Under the pieces are notes generated by a model that was not told the DNA's origin, made no database searches, and worked only from the letters and a program-made list of their open reading frames with translations. From the NCBI GenBank assembly GCA_963789395.1, contig CAWBKP010000019.1:64001-128000 (forward strand): a stretch of DNA of 64,000 nt, in the 5' to 3' direction. Position numbers and translations under genes: made by a program. Below are positions 30,127 through 39,627 of this stretch, in pieces (within the stretch, counting starts at the first letter, position 1; each line of letters starts with the position of its first letter). The stretch is from an uncultured delta proteobacterium (GTDB lineage Bacteria; Desulfobacterota; Desulfobacteria; Desulfobacterales; Desulfatirhabdiaceae).

Positions 30127-30609
30127 ATGAACGATATTAACAAATTGGATCTTAAAGGATTTTGTGTCAATTCAGCCAGAAATATATATCACACCATGCT
30201 TTCCATGGAGGTGAGCCCGGTTGAAGCCAATCCTGCAATGGAATTGTCAGGCAGTAAAGTAGTTGGTTGTGTCGGATTTGCAGGAGATGCCATCGGGAAT
30301 ATCTGTATCCATGTATCCCGGCAGTTTTCTCGAGTTATGACTGCTGCCATGCTGGGGATGGAAGTGGATGAGGTCGAAGATGATGAAGAAATACAAGATG
30401 TCATTGGAGAGGTCAGCAACATGATCGGGGGAGATATGAAATCCAAATTGTGCGATGCCGGATTCCCCTGTGTTCTTTCGATTCCCAATGTTACTTCCGG
30501 AAGTGATTTTAAAATAGAATCCAAGGGGTGGATGAGGCATGAAAAAATTGCTTTTATGCATCAGGACCAGCTGTCTATGGTTGAGGTGTTTATCAAATCT
30601 GTCGTCTGA
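30127..30609 (+). CDS. cheX: CheX-family phosphatase
   Basis: VGFAGDAIG, DVIGEVSNMIGG and LSIP motifs. Confidence 0.85.
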   Translation: MNDINKLDLKGFCVNSARNIYHTMLSMEVSPVEANPAMELSGSKVVGCVGFAGDAIGNICIHVSRQFSRVMTAAMLGMEVDEVEDDEEIQDVIGEVSNMIGGDMKSKLCDAGFPCVLSIPNVTSGSDFKIESKGWMRHEKIAFMHQDQLSMVEVFIKSVV

Positions 30610-30657
30610 TCGTGGTGGTGGAGGCACTGTCATTATTCTTGAAAATGGAGGTTCCTT

Positions 30658-31401
30658 ATGACGTTGAAAGTTCTTGCTGTTGATGACAGCAAAACCATTC
30701 GGAAAATTGTGAGCAAGGCATTTTCAACCTATGACTGTGATGTCCTGGAAGCGGAAAACGGCATCGAAGGGTTGTCAATCGCCAGTCGTGAAAAGCCTGA
30801 TTTGATAGTCCTGGACATTACCATGCCGGTCATGAACGGGGTGGAGATGCTGGGTAAGCTTAAGGGGCAGCCGGAGCTAAAAGACATTCCGGTGATCATG
30901 CTGACTGCTGAATCCGGCAAGGAAAATGTCATGCAGATCGTTAAAATGGGTGTCCGGGATTACATGGTCAAACCGTTTAAGGGAGAGCAGTTGATTGAAA
31001 GGGTGATGAAGATCTTGACCCTTCAACCCAAGGCGGCGGATGCTTCGTCTGCGTCCGTTTCCAGCCCGTATATTTCACTTGTGGAAGGTGTTCAGATCGT
31101 TACCTTGCCGGAAAAATCCGACCGGTCCATACTTGCGGAGATTGAAGGCGATTTCAACCAGTCTCTGAAGGTCATGGCCAATGCTGGCTGCGTCAGGCTC
31201 ATTCTGGATTCCAGAAACGTCAAGGAGGTCAACATGCTGGTGATCAAATTTGTACTTTCGGTGGTTCAGCATTGCGAGAAATCCAAAATTCATTTAAGAA
31301 TCGTCGGATCGCAGACTCTCGGCAATGAACTCAAGGGGTTCCAGGAAACTAGCGGTTTTGCCGTTCATGCCTCGGTCGAAGACGCCAAAGCCACTTTTTA
31401 A
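30658..31401 (+). CDS. Response regulator with REC and a C-terminal STAS-like domain
   Basis: VDDS, LDITMPVMNG, MLTAE and VKPF motifs. The C-terminal LILD...V..V pattern resembles STAS. Confidence 0.8.
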   Translation: MTLKVLAVDDSKTIRKIVSKAFSTYDCDVLEAENGIEGLSIASREKPDLIVLDITMPVMNGVEMLGKLKGQPELKDIPVIMLTAESGKENVMQIVKMGVRDYMVKPFKGEQLIERVMKILTLQPKAADASSASVSSPYISLVEGVQIVTLPEKSDRSILAEIEGDFNQSLKVMANAGCVRLILDSRNVKEVNMLVIKFVLSVVQHCEKSKIHLRIVGSQTLGNELKGFQETSGFAVHASVEDAKATF

Positions 31402-31410
31402 CGGATGTCA

Positions 31411-31438
31411 TTCCCCCCCTTTTCAAAAAAGGGGGGAA
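31411..31438. terminator. Stem-loop after the signalling cassette
   Basis: TTCCCCCCCTTTT-CAAA-AAAGGGGGGAA. Confidence 0.6.
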
Positions 31439-31699
31439 GTTCATGGGTTGTTGTTTCTTCCTTTCTGCTTTTCCTCGCAGCATTCCGCAAAATGCAAATC
31501 GCAAAATGCAAAGAACCTGATTCGCCTGTTCGATAAGGATAGAAGCTGTTCTGCTGAAAGACGGTCGTCCGTTTTTCCGTGAACGCATTGCAAAATGCAA
31601 ATAAAATGCGGCTGACTTCAGAAATGCCTCTTCCTGATAATGATTTTAACTATTTGAATATAATTAAAATTAATTATTTTATTATGGATTTTTTGCAAT

Positions 31700-31715
31700 T
31701 GGCATCTTCTTTGCT
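31700..31715 (+). promoter_or_regulatory. sigma54 promoter upstream of the sigma54 activator gene
   Basis: TGGCATCTTCTTTGCT (GG-N10-GC), preceded by an AT-rich tract. Confidence 0.7.
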
Positions 31716-31770
31716 CAAAGAAGCACGAAACCGAATATATTGCAAAAAATCACACTGCATCATAGTTTAA

Positions 31771-32850
31771 ATGAGGAGGGAAACTTTGACGAACCTCGCG
31801 ATCGATTACAGCAACTGGCAGGAACCGGATTCTTGTCTTGAGGGAAAACCGGTTGTTTCCAATTTCAGCCAGCCTGGCCCGTTTATGGGCATGATTGGCC
31901 AAAGCGAGCGGATGCAAAGAATGTTTCGTCTGGTTGAAAAAGTGGCGGACAGCGACAGCACCATCATTATTCAGGGTGAAACCGGAACGGGAAAGGGGTT
32001 GATTGCCAAAGCCATTCACGAGCATTCCTATCGAAAAGACAAGCCGTTTGTCCAGATCAACTGCGGTGCGATTCCGGAAAATCTGCTGGAAAGTGAACTT
32101 TTCGGACATGTGAAAGGCGCTTTTACCGGAGCCGTGTCAGCCAAGCCCGGAAAATTTGAGATTGCCAATGGCGGAACCATTTTTCTGGATGAGATCGGGG
32201 ATATGAGTCACGATCTTCAGGTGAAGCTGCTGAAGGTTCTTGAAGAGAGTGAATTTGAACGCGTCGGTGGTTGTCAGACCATCAAAACGGATGTCCGGAT
32301 TATTGCTGCAACGCACCGGGATCTGGATGCGGCAGTAGAAAACGGGACATTTCGAGAAGATCTGTATTACCGGCTGGTTGTCATTCCCTTGACCCTTCCG
32401 CCGCTGAGAGATCGAAAAGACGATATTCCGCTTCTCATCACCCATTTTCTGGAGCAGCTGAATCAGAAAAAACATACCCAGGTTTCAGGGGTTTCTGAAA
32501 AAGCCATGGCATTGATGATCGCACATTCGTGGCCAGGGAATGTCCGGGAGCTGAAAAACATGATGGAACGGCTGGTCGTTCTCACCCGGGATGGGGACAT
32601 CTATCCCAGGGATCTGCCGCAAAAACTGAGAACAGCAGTTTCGGAAGCCTCTACCATTCCGGAAGTGGAAGTGCCATGCGAGGGGATGTGCCTCAGCACG
32701 GCTGTCAGTGATTTTGAAAAATCCCTGATTTCCCAGTCCATGAAAATCGCAAACGGTGTCAAGAAAAATGCCGCCAAACTGCTCAACATCAAACGCACCA
32801 CCCTGATTGAAAAAATCAAACGCCATAACCTTGAAGAAAGTTTTGCCTAA
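31771..32850 (+). CDS. sigma54-dependent activator (FleQ/FlrA-like) lacking an N-terminal sensor domain
   Basis: [28 protein letters not shown] and WPGNVREL motifs; Fis-type HTH. Confidence 0.93.
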   Translation: MRRETLTNLAIDYSNWQEPDSCLEGKPVVSNFSQPGPFMGMIGQSERMQRMFRLVEKVADSDSTIIIQGETGTGKGLIAKAIHEHSYRKDKPFVQINCGAIPENLLESELFGHVKGAFTGAVSAKPGKFEIANGGTIFLDEIGDMSHDLQVKLLKVLEESEFERVGGCQTIKTDVRIIAATHRDLDAAVENGTFREDLYYRLVVIPLTLPPLRDRKDDIPLLITHFLEQLNQKKHTQVSGVSEKAMALMIAHSWPGNVRELKNMMERLVVLTRDGDIYPRDLPQKLRTAVSEASTIPEVEVPCEGMCLSTAVSDFEKSLISQSMKIANGVKKNAAKLLNIKRTTLIEKIKRHNLEESFA

Positions 32851-32906
32851 ACTCCGTGTTTTTCGCTGTGCCCGAAAGTGTGTTTTGTTCATGAGTCCTC
32901 CCCCTC

Positions 32907-32937
32907 AATCCCCCTGAAAATGGGGGATTTTTATTTT
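32907..32937 (+). terminator. Rho-independent terminator
   Basis: AATCCCCC-TGAAAAT-GGGGGATT followed by a T-rich tail. Confidence 0.65.
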
Positions 32938-32990
32938 AGCAATCCCAAAACCCCTCCCGCCTAAAGGACGAAATGCTTCAATCGTCTCTT

Positions 32991-33004
32991 GTCAACGATA
33001 TGAC
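32991..33004. promoter_or_regulatory. FleQ-like enhancer box upstream of flgB
   Basis: GTCAACGATATGAC, about 100 bp upstream of the sigma54 promoter. Confidence 0.55.
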
Positions 33005-33102
33005 ACGGATCGAAGGAAACGTTTCAATCCAGCCCGTCTGAATAGTCCAACAGCCTGAAATTATCCAATGATTCCAGCTAATTTAAACTAATTGTATTTA
33101 TC

Positions 33103-33118
33103 TGGTATGAATATTGCT
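33103..33118 (+). promoter_or_regulatory. sigma54 promoter of the flgB operon
   Basis: TGGTATGAATATTGCT (GG-N10-GC). Confidence 0.78.
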
Positions 33119-33154
33119 TAATTCGTTGTGAACTTTAAAGAGAAAGGAGATCGC

Positions 33155-33574
33155 ATGGAATCACAGGGATTATTTAATCAGACTTTTTCGGTTCTGGAAA
33201 AAAGCATGAATCTGCGTTCTCAAAAGCACAACCTGCTGGTTTCCAATATCGCCAATATGGATACGCCCAATTACAAGGCGTTTGACATTATGGTGGAAGA
33301 GGAGATGGGAAAAACATCGGGTGAGGCAAAGCTGCCGATGACCCGGACACAACCGGCGCATATCCCCCTGGCTGGCATGGCGGGTCCGGATGCTCCGGAG
33401 ATCAGGCCGGTTGAAAAGTCCCAATATGATTTTCACACTGATGGAAATACCGTTGACATTGACAGAACCATGTTCAATCTGTCGGAAAATGGCCTGCTGT
33501 ATAATGCTTCGGCGCAGATGATCTCAAAGAAATTTCAATTATTGACAAACGCCATCAATGGAACTGTGAGGTAA
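33155..33574 (+). CDS. flgB: Flagellar basal-body rod protein
   Basis: SNIANMDTPNYKA and DGNTVDID motifs; AAGGAG RBS. Confidence 0.96.
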   Translation: MESQGLFNQTFSVLEKSMNLRSQKHNLLVSNIANMDTPNYKAFDIMVEEEMGKTSGEAKLPMTRTQPAHIPLAGMAGPDAPEIRPVEKSQYDFHTDGNTVDIDRTMFNLSENGLLYNASAQMISKKFQLLTNAINGTVR

Positions 33575-33576
33575 AT

Positions 33577-34014
33577 ATGAATTTTTTTGATTCAATGCAG
33601 ACCAGCGCATCGGGATTGTCGGCTCAGCGACTGAGAATGAATCTGACTTCCAACAACCTGGCCAATACGAATACAACGCGAACCGAACAGGGCGGGCCGT
33701 ATCAGCGAAAAGAGCCCGTGTTTGCAGCTACACCCGTCCAGGGCACTTTCGGTGAGATGTTGAATGCAGAGATGGGGGGCAGTCCTACAGAAGTGAATGT
33801 GGTAAATGTCGTCAACGATGCACGGGAACCACTTATGAAATATGATCCCTTGCACCCGGATGCAAATTCACAGGGCTTTGTTTCCATGCCAAACATCAAT
33901 ATGATGGAGGAGATGGTGAATATGATGACTGCTTCACGGAGTTACGAAGCCAATGTTACCGCCATATCTACATCAAAAAACATGGTGCTGAAAGCGCTTG
34001 AAATAGGACGGTAA
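33577..34014 (+). CDS. flgC: Flagellar basal-body rod protein
   Basis: SGLSAQRLRM, HPDA and RSYEAN motifs. Confidence 0.97.
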   Translation: MNFFDSMQTSASGLSAQRLRMNLTSNNLANTNTTRTEQGGPYQRKEPVFAATPVQGTFGEMLNAEMGGSPTEVNVVNVVNDAREPLMKYDPLHPDANSQGFVSMPNINMMEEMVNMMTASRSYEANVTAISTSKNMVLKALEIGR

Positions 34015-34015
34015 T

Positions 34016-34318
34016 ATGGATCCAGTTCAAATTTACAAGACACAGTCCTTTCCGGCGATGCCGGCAGCCGGTGGTCCGGTCACGGAAAAAGTTCAGGGGC
34101 AATCCTTCGGAGAGATGTTAAAGAGCCATTTGACTGAAGTCAATCACATACAGACTTCAGCCGATATTGCGGTCCAGAAGCTGGCATCCGGCCAGGATAA
34201 AGACATTCATAATACCATGATTGCCATGGAAAAAGCGAGTGTGGCATTTCAGCTGACCATGCAGGTTCGAAACAAAATGCTTGAGGCGTATCAGGAAATC
34301 ATGCGGATGCAGGTATAA
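34016..34318 (+). CDS. fliE: Flagellar hook-basal body complex protein
   Basis: QVRNKMLEAYQEIMRMQV. Confidence 0.97.
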   Translation: MDPVQIYKTQSFPAMPAAGGPVTEKVQGQSFGEMLKSHLTEVNHIQTSADIAVQKLASGQDKDIHNTMIAMEKASVAFQLTMQVRNKMLEAYQEIMRMQV

Positions 34319-34339
34319 CATACAAAAGGATACGTATCC

Positions 34340-35932
34340 ATGCAGCTACCAGTGGCAATAGAGCAGTTTAAAGCCGTTTATACCGGGTTGAATCCGGTCA
34401 GGAAATTCACGTTGTTTTTACTGATCGGGGGGGTGATCGCCGGATTTGCCCTGATTGTTGTCCTGAGTGGAAGGCCCGACTACCAGATTTTGTTCTCCGG
34501 GCTTTCCGCGGAGGATTCCGGCGCCATGATCACGCAGCTTAAAGCTAAAAAAATTCCCTATCGCATTTCGTCCAATGGCGGGGCGATCCTGGTTCCAAAA
34601 GATGTCGTCTATGAAACCCGTATGGAACTGGCCTCCCAGGGACTTCCACAGGGAGGCGGCGTGGGGTTTGAAATATTCGACAACTCTAAACTGGGAATGA
34701 CCGAATTCGTTCAGAACGTCAATTATCAGAGGGCTATCCAGGGCGAGCTTTCCAGAACCATTAACCGGTTTGAAGAAATAGAAAGTTCACGGGTTCATCT
34801 CGTCATGCCCCCCAAATCTTTGTTCGTCGAAAATGAAGAGCCGGCCAGGGCTTCTGTCGTCGTCAAGCTTCGCTCTGCAAAAACGCTGAGTGCGGATCAG
34901 GTCCAAGGGATCGTTCACCTGATTTCGGCAAGTGTTTCCGGGCTGAAACCGGAAAATGTCACCATCGTGGACAGCATGGGGAATCAGATCGGCGGCCAGG
35001 CGCCGAAAAGTGATTTTGACAGCGCCAGAACTGATCAAATGGCCTATCAGGAAAAGGTTGAACGGTCTCTGGAGAGCCGGGTAAAAACAATGCTCGAAAA
35101 GGCACTGGGTCCGAACAAGGCTATTGTCAGACTGACAAGCAACATGGATTTTAAAAAACAGGAAAGAACTGAAGAACGGTATTACCCGGATAACAAAGTG
35201 GTGCGGAGCGAACAGATATCGAATGAATCTTCCGTGAAAGCTGAAACTAAGGCGATAGGGGTTCCGGGAACAACAGCCGCTGCGGCAAACAAAACCCAGC
35301 AGGAAAACGATGGCGGCGCGGGATTTCAAAAGAATCATCAGACCGCCAATTACGAAATCGGAAAAACGACCAGTCACACCATTGACCCCATTGGCCAGAT
35401 TTCCAATATTTCCGTGGCTGTTCTGGTGGATGGGTCCTATAAGACGGTAACCGGAGAAGACGGAAAAACGAAAGTCGAGTATCTGCCCCGAACGCAGGAA
35501 GAAATCACCAAAATCAAGACCATCGTTATGCGTGCCGTCAATTATACGGCTTCAAGAGGGGATGAGATCGAAGTCGTCAATATGCCATTCGAAAATGCCG
35601 AGCCTGTGGATGTCCCAGCGGGTGTGGAAAACAATGGCTGGATTTCCAGACTGATGCAGTACTCGGTTTATATCAAGTATGTTTTCTCAGTGGTATTTAT
35701 GCTCTTGACCTTTATCTTTGTCATCCGGCCGATCATACAATGGTTGACTGCCGAGAAGCCAAGGGATGCGCAGCTGATAGGTCAGCTTCCCAGAACGGTA
35801 AGTGAAATCGAAAGGGAGGGATATGGCAAATCACCCGCGCCGCTGCGCATTAGCAACCAGCTTTCGCAACTGGCGATGGCAGACAATCAGGCTTTTGTTG
35901 AAGTGCTGCGGGAATGGATGAAGCAAAACTGA
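34340..35932 (+). CDS. fliF: Flagellar MS-ring protein
   Basis: Two TM helices; GFEIFD, RAIQGELSRTI and ASVVV motifs. Confidence 0.97.
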   Translation: MQLPVAIEQFKAVYTGLNPVRKFTLFLLIGGVIAGFALIVVLSGRPDYQILFSGLSAEDSGAMITQLKAKKIPYRISSNGGAILVPKDVVYETRMELASQGLPQGGGVGFEIFDNSKLGMTEFVQNVNYQRAIQGELSRTINRFEEIESSRVHLVMPPKSLFVENEEPARASVVVKLRSAKTLSADQVQGIVHLISASVSGLKPENVTIVDSMGNQIGGQAPKSDFDSARTDQMAYQEKVERSLESRVKTMLEKALGPNKAIVRLTSNMDFKKQERTEERYYPDNKVVRSEQISNESSVKAETKAIGVPGTTAAAANKTQQENDGGAGFQKNHQTANYEIGKTTSHTIDPIGQISNISVAVLVDGSYKTVTGEDGKTKVEYLPRTQEEITKIKTIVMRAVNYTASRGDEIEVVNMPFENAEPVDVPAGVENNGWISRLMQYSVYIKYVFSVVFMLLTFIFVIRPIIQWLTAEKPRDAQLIGQLPRTVSEIEREGYGKSPAPLRISNQLSQLAMADNQAFVEVLREWMKQN

Positions 35933-35994
35933 TAAAAAAGGTGTCATCTGACCACTTTTCATCAATCATCAAAAAGGCTTAATACGATCAGACT

Positions 35995-37005
35995 ATGGAT
36001 ACGACTCATTTATCAGGTGCATTGAAAGTTGCGGTACTCATTCATTCGATGGGGGAAAAAAATTCCAAGGATATTCTGAGTCGAATGGGAGAAGCAGAAA
36101 GAAAACTTGTGCAGCAGAATATGTCTCAGATTGGTTCCATCTCACAGGAAGTGCTGGATAAAATTACTCATGAATTTTCGGTGCTGGCAGAAAAGATCAC
36201 TAAATTGCGCCAATCCGGGAAGCAGGTTCAATCCTCCCTCTCAGCGGTGGCCGCTCTTCAGGAAACGACTCCGAACGAACCTGAACCGGAGCCTGAAGCA
36301 GCCGATGAAGCAGCCTGTTTAGATGCCCTTCAATCCATTGATCCGGATCAGCTTGTCGAAATGATAAAGGATGAACATCCGCAAACCATTGCGGTAATTA
36401 TCGTTCATCTTACGCCGGAGTCAGGAAGCACCGTACTGTCCAAGCTGCCGGATAATCTGAAGGTTGAAGTCGCCATGAGAATCGCCAGGCTGGATAAGGT
36501 GTTATCCGGAATGGTCGTTGAGATAGGTCGTGTGTTTGAAGAGCTCATGAAAAAGAAAAAAACTTCAGTCACGCATAAAACAGGCGGCGTCACTCATCTT
36601 GCCGAGTTGCTGAATATGGTGGAAGGGTCCATTGGAGAGCAGTTATTAAATGAAATTGAAGAAGCCAATCCGGACCTTGCAGCCCAGATCAAGCAGATGA
36701 TGTTTGTCTTTGAAGACCTGGTTCTGGTGGATGACAAGGGAATGCAGAAGGTGCTTCGCCGGGTTGAGACGTCAAAACTGTCTCTGGCCCTTAAAGGCGC
36801 TTCTGAAGAAGTCAAACAGAAAATATTCAAAAACATGTCGGAACGGGCCGGTGTGATGCTGAAAGAAGAAATCGAGTCGATCGGCGCGGTTCGCATGAGA
36901 GATGTTGAAGAAGCCCAGCAAACCATCACCAGAATCATTCAGGAACTGGAAGCCAAAAGCGAAATCGTCATCAATGGCAGAAAAGGAGGCGATTATATTG
37001 TATAA
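35995..37005 (+). CDS. fliG: Flagellar motor switch protein
   Basis: EHPQTIA, MFVFEDL and NMSERA motifs. Confidence 0.97.
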   Translation: MDTTHLSGALKVAVLIHSMGEKNSKDILSRMGEAERKLVQQNMSQIGSISQEVLDKITHEFSVLAEKITKLRQSGKQVQSSLSAVAALQETTPNEPEPEPEAADEAACLDALQSIDPDQLVEMIKDEHPQTIAVIIVHLTPESGSTVLSKLPDNLKVEVAMRIARLDKVLSGMVVEIGRVFEELMKKKKTSVTHKTGGVTHLAELLNMVEGSIGEQLLNEIEEANPDLAAQIKQMMFVFEDLVLVDDKGMQKVLRRVETSKLSLALKGASEEVKQKIFKNMSERAGVMLKEEIESIGAVRMRDVEEAQQTITRIIQELEAKSEIVINGRKGGDYIV

Positions 37006-37776
37006 AATCATAAAACCCCGAAGTCTTTTTTCATGTGATGCCGGTCAGACCTACTGTTTTCCGAATATTTTCAAAGAGGTGGGACTGATGGATGAAACCG
37101 ATTCAAAAGAAACCTGTTCATCCTTTCAGCGCAATTTTGTAGATGTCTCATCGGGTCTGCCGGGAGAGTCGTCAAGCGGAAAGTTCATAAAGGCAGGGTT
37201 GAAAGAACGAAAAATGATGCAAGAAATGGTTCAGGAATCGCAGCAAAAAGAAGCTGAAGCCTACCAAAAGGGAATCCAGGACGGTCATAAGGACGGCTTC
37301 AAGGCCGGGATTCACTGAAGGATTAAAAGAAATCGAGAAAATGCTTCATTCACTTCAGTTGGCAATGCAGGAGATCAAAAAACTCCGAAAAGAGCTTTGC
37401 CTGAAAGCTGAGAAGGAGACTGTCAGTCTGAGCCTTGCCATAGCCAGAAAAATCCTGCTGCAGGAACCTGCAACGAACCCAAGGGTCATTGCAGGGGTTG
37501 TGAAAAAGACATTTGAAACCATTGCCATCAATGCGCCCGTGCGCATCCGGATCAATCCTTCCGAACTGGCCTATATGAGGGAGCGTCGGCATTTGATTCC
37601 CATTGAAGGGAGAGGTGACTTTCGTTGAAGATGCCTCCATTTCATGCGGCGGATGTATGGTGGAAAGTCTTTCAGGGGATGTTGACGCCCGGATTGAATC
37701 ACAGATCGAAATGATTGAGGAAGCTTTTTTGCCCGGACTGGAAAAGAACAGCCAGGAGTTAGCGGAATTATCCTGA
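36998..37776 (+). CDS. fliH: Flagellar assembly protein FliH, frameshifts near 37310 and 37610
   Basis: AxxxGxxxG repeats; LAIARKI, RINP and GGCMVES...VDARIE motifs; lies between fliG and fliI. Confidence 0.85.
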
Positions 37777-39095
37777 TGAAGTCCTTTAATTTGAATGGTT
37801 ATCACCAGTTGCTGGATCAGGCTGACCTGATAAATGCGATTGGGAAAGTGACCAAGGTGGTCGGGCTGGTCACCGAATCCCTGGGGCCTTCTTCGCATCT
37901 GGGGAGTGTGTGTGATATTTATCCCCAGGGTTCAGGCAGAAAAGTGAAAGCGGAAGTCCTGGGTTTCAGGGACAATAAGGTTCTTCTAATGCCGCTTGAG
38001 GATATCCGGGGAATCAGTCCTGGCAGCCGGGTGGTTGCCGGAAAACAAAAAGCCTATATTCCGGTGGGCAGCAAGCTTCTGGGAAGGATTGTCGATGGGC
38101 TTGGAATGCCCATCGACGGGAAAGGGTCGATTTCCTATGACTGTGAATATCCCTTGTATGCCGAACCCATGAATCCGCTTTCCCGAAACCGGATTCATGA
38201 ACCCCTTGATATCGGCATTCGGGCCATCAATGGTCTGCTGACTGTCGGGTGCGGGCAGCGGGTGGGTATCTTTGCCGGTTCAGGCGTGGGAAAAAGCGTG
38301 CTGTTGGGAATGATTGCCCGCAAAACATCGGCTGATGTCAATGTGATTGCACTGATCGGGGAACGGGGCAGGGAAGTCAATGAATTTATCCAGAAAGAAC
38401 TTGGCGAAGAAGGGTTGAAACGATCGGTTATTGTCGTGGCGACATCGGACCACCTGCCCCTGATCCGGCTGAGGGCGGCATTTATTGCCACCACCATTGC
38501 CGAGTATTTTCGGGATCAGGGGCTCCATGTGAATCTGATGATGGATTCCGTGACACGTTTTGCAATGGCGCAAAGAGAGATCGGCCTTGCCCTGGGGGAG
38601 CCGCCTACGTCAAAAGGATATACCCCGTCTGTTTTTACCCTGCTTCCCAGGCTCCTGGAACGGGCGGGAACGTCGTCAAACTGTGGTACCATAACCGGTC
38701 TGTATACGGTGCTGGTCGAGGGAGATGACATGAACGAGCCGGTGGCGGATGCAGTCCGGTCCATACTGGACGGGCACATCGTCCTGACCCGTGACCTGGC
38801 CATGCAGAATCACTATCCGGCCATTGATATATTAAGAAGTATCAGCAGGGTCATGAGCGATATTGTTCCTTCGCATCACAAGGAGTGCGCGGGACTTTTC
38901 AAGTCGTTGCTGGCAACTTATCGAAAAGCAGAGGATTTAATCAACATTGGCGCCTATGTTCCGGGCAGCAACCCGAGGATAGATCAGGCCATCAGTATGA
39001 TAGACAATATCACCCGGTATCTTCAGCAGGGAATTGAGGACACGACCAGTTTTGAGGAAAGCGTTCAGCAACTGGAGAGCCTGTTTCAATCCTGA
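37776..39095 (+). CDS. fliI: Flagellar export ATPase
   Basis: FAGSGVGKS, ALIGERGRE, MDSVTRFA and LDGHIVL motifs. Confidence 0.97.
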   Translation: MKSFNLNGYHQLLDQADLINAIGKVTKVVGLVTESLGPSSHLGSVCDIYPQGSGRKVKAEVLGFRDNKVLLMPLEDIRGISPGSRVVAGKQKAYIPVGSKLLGRIVDGLGMPIDGKGSISYDCEYPLYAEPMNPLSRNRIHEPLDIGIRAINGLLTVGCGQRVGIFAGSGVGKSVLLGMIARKTSADVNVIALIGERGREVNEFIQKELGEEGLKRSVIVVATSDHLPLIRLRAAFIATTIAEYFRDQGLHVNLMMDSVTRFAMAQREIGLALGEPPTSKGYTPSVFTLLPRLLERAGTSSNCGTITGLYTVLVEGDDMNEPVADAVRSILDGHIVLTRDLAMQNHYPAIDILRSISRVMSDIVPSHHKECAGLFKSLLATYRKAEDLINIGAYVPGSNPRIDQAISMIDNITRYLQQGIEDTTSFEESVQQLESLFQS

Positions 39096-39165
39096 TAAAA
39101 ATGTACAGGAAATCTTTCGGTATCGTTTATTCATGATATGCATTTACAAGTTGATAAAGGGTTTT

Positions 39166-39613
39166 ATGTCCAGCTTTAAATTTGCACTTGAATCACTCCT
39201 GAATCACCGCCTTCATAACGAGGAGATCATTCAGAAAGAACTGGCGGTATGCGGGTGCAGGGTCAAGGATGAAAAAATGATTCTAACCGGGATTCAACAG
39301 GAGAAAGACAAAGCGGTTGCAGAAATTCATGCAAAAACAGTTGCGAGGAGTCGCCATTTCGGAACATATCCTTTACGCCAATTTTCTAGAAGGACTTGCC
39401 CGAAATCTGGCTGTCCAGCAAGAAAAAGTCAAAGAATCCGAAAATAAATATGCAAAAAAACGGGATGATCTGATTGAGGCGGTCAAAAAACGAAAAACCA
39501 TTGAAAATTTAAAAGAAAAAGGTTTGGCCGCCTACTCCAGAAAACTCCTGAAGCTGGATCAGGATTTTCTGGATGAAGTTGCGATCTGTCGTTTTCATAA
39601 CGAACCCTTTTAA
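39166..39613 (+). CDS. fliJ: Flagellar export protein FliJ, frameshift near 39335
   Basis: FKFALESLL N-terminus; EQ/DQ..LDE C-terminus; follows fliI. Confidence 0.85.
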
Positions 39614-39627
39614 TCAGGAATTTTGTC

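Noticed and set aside
37300..37345. Selenocysteine or stop read-through at the TGA in fliH
   Set aside because: Removing one G in GCCGGGATT restores GFTEGLKE in the downstream frame, so this is an indel, not read-through.
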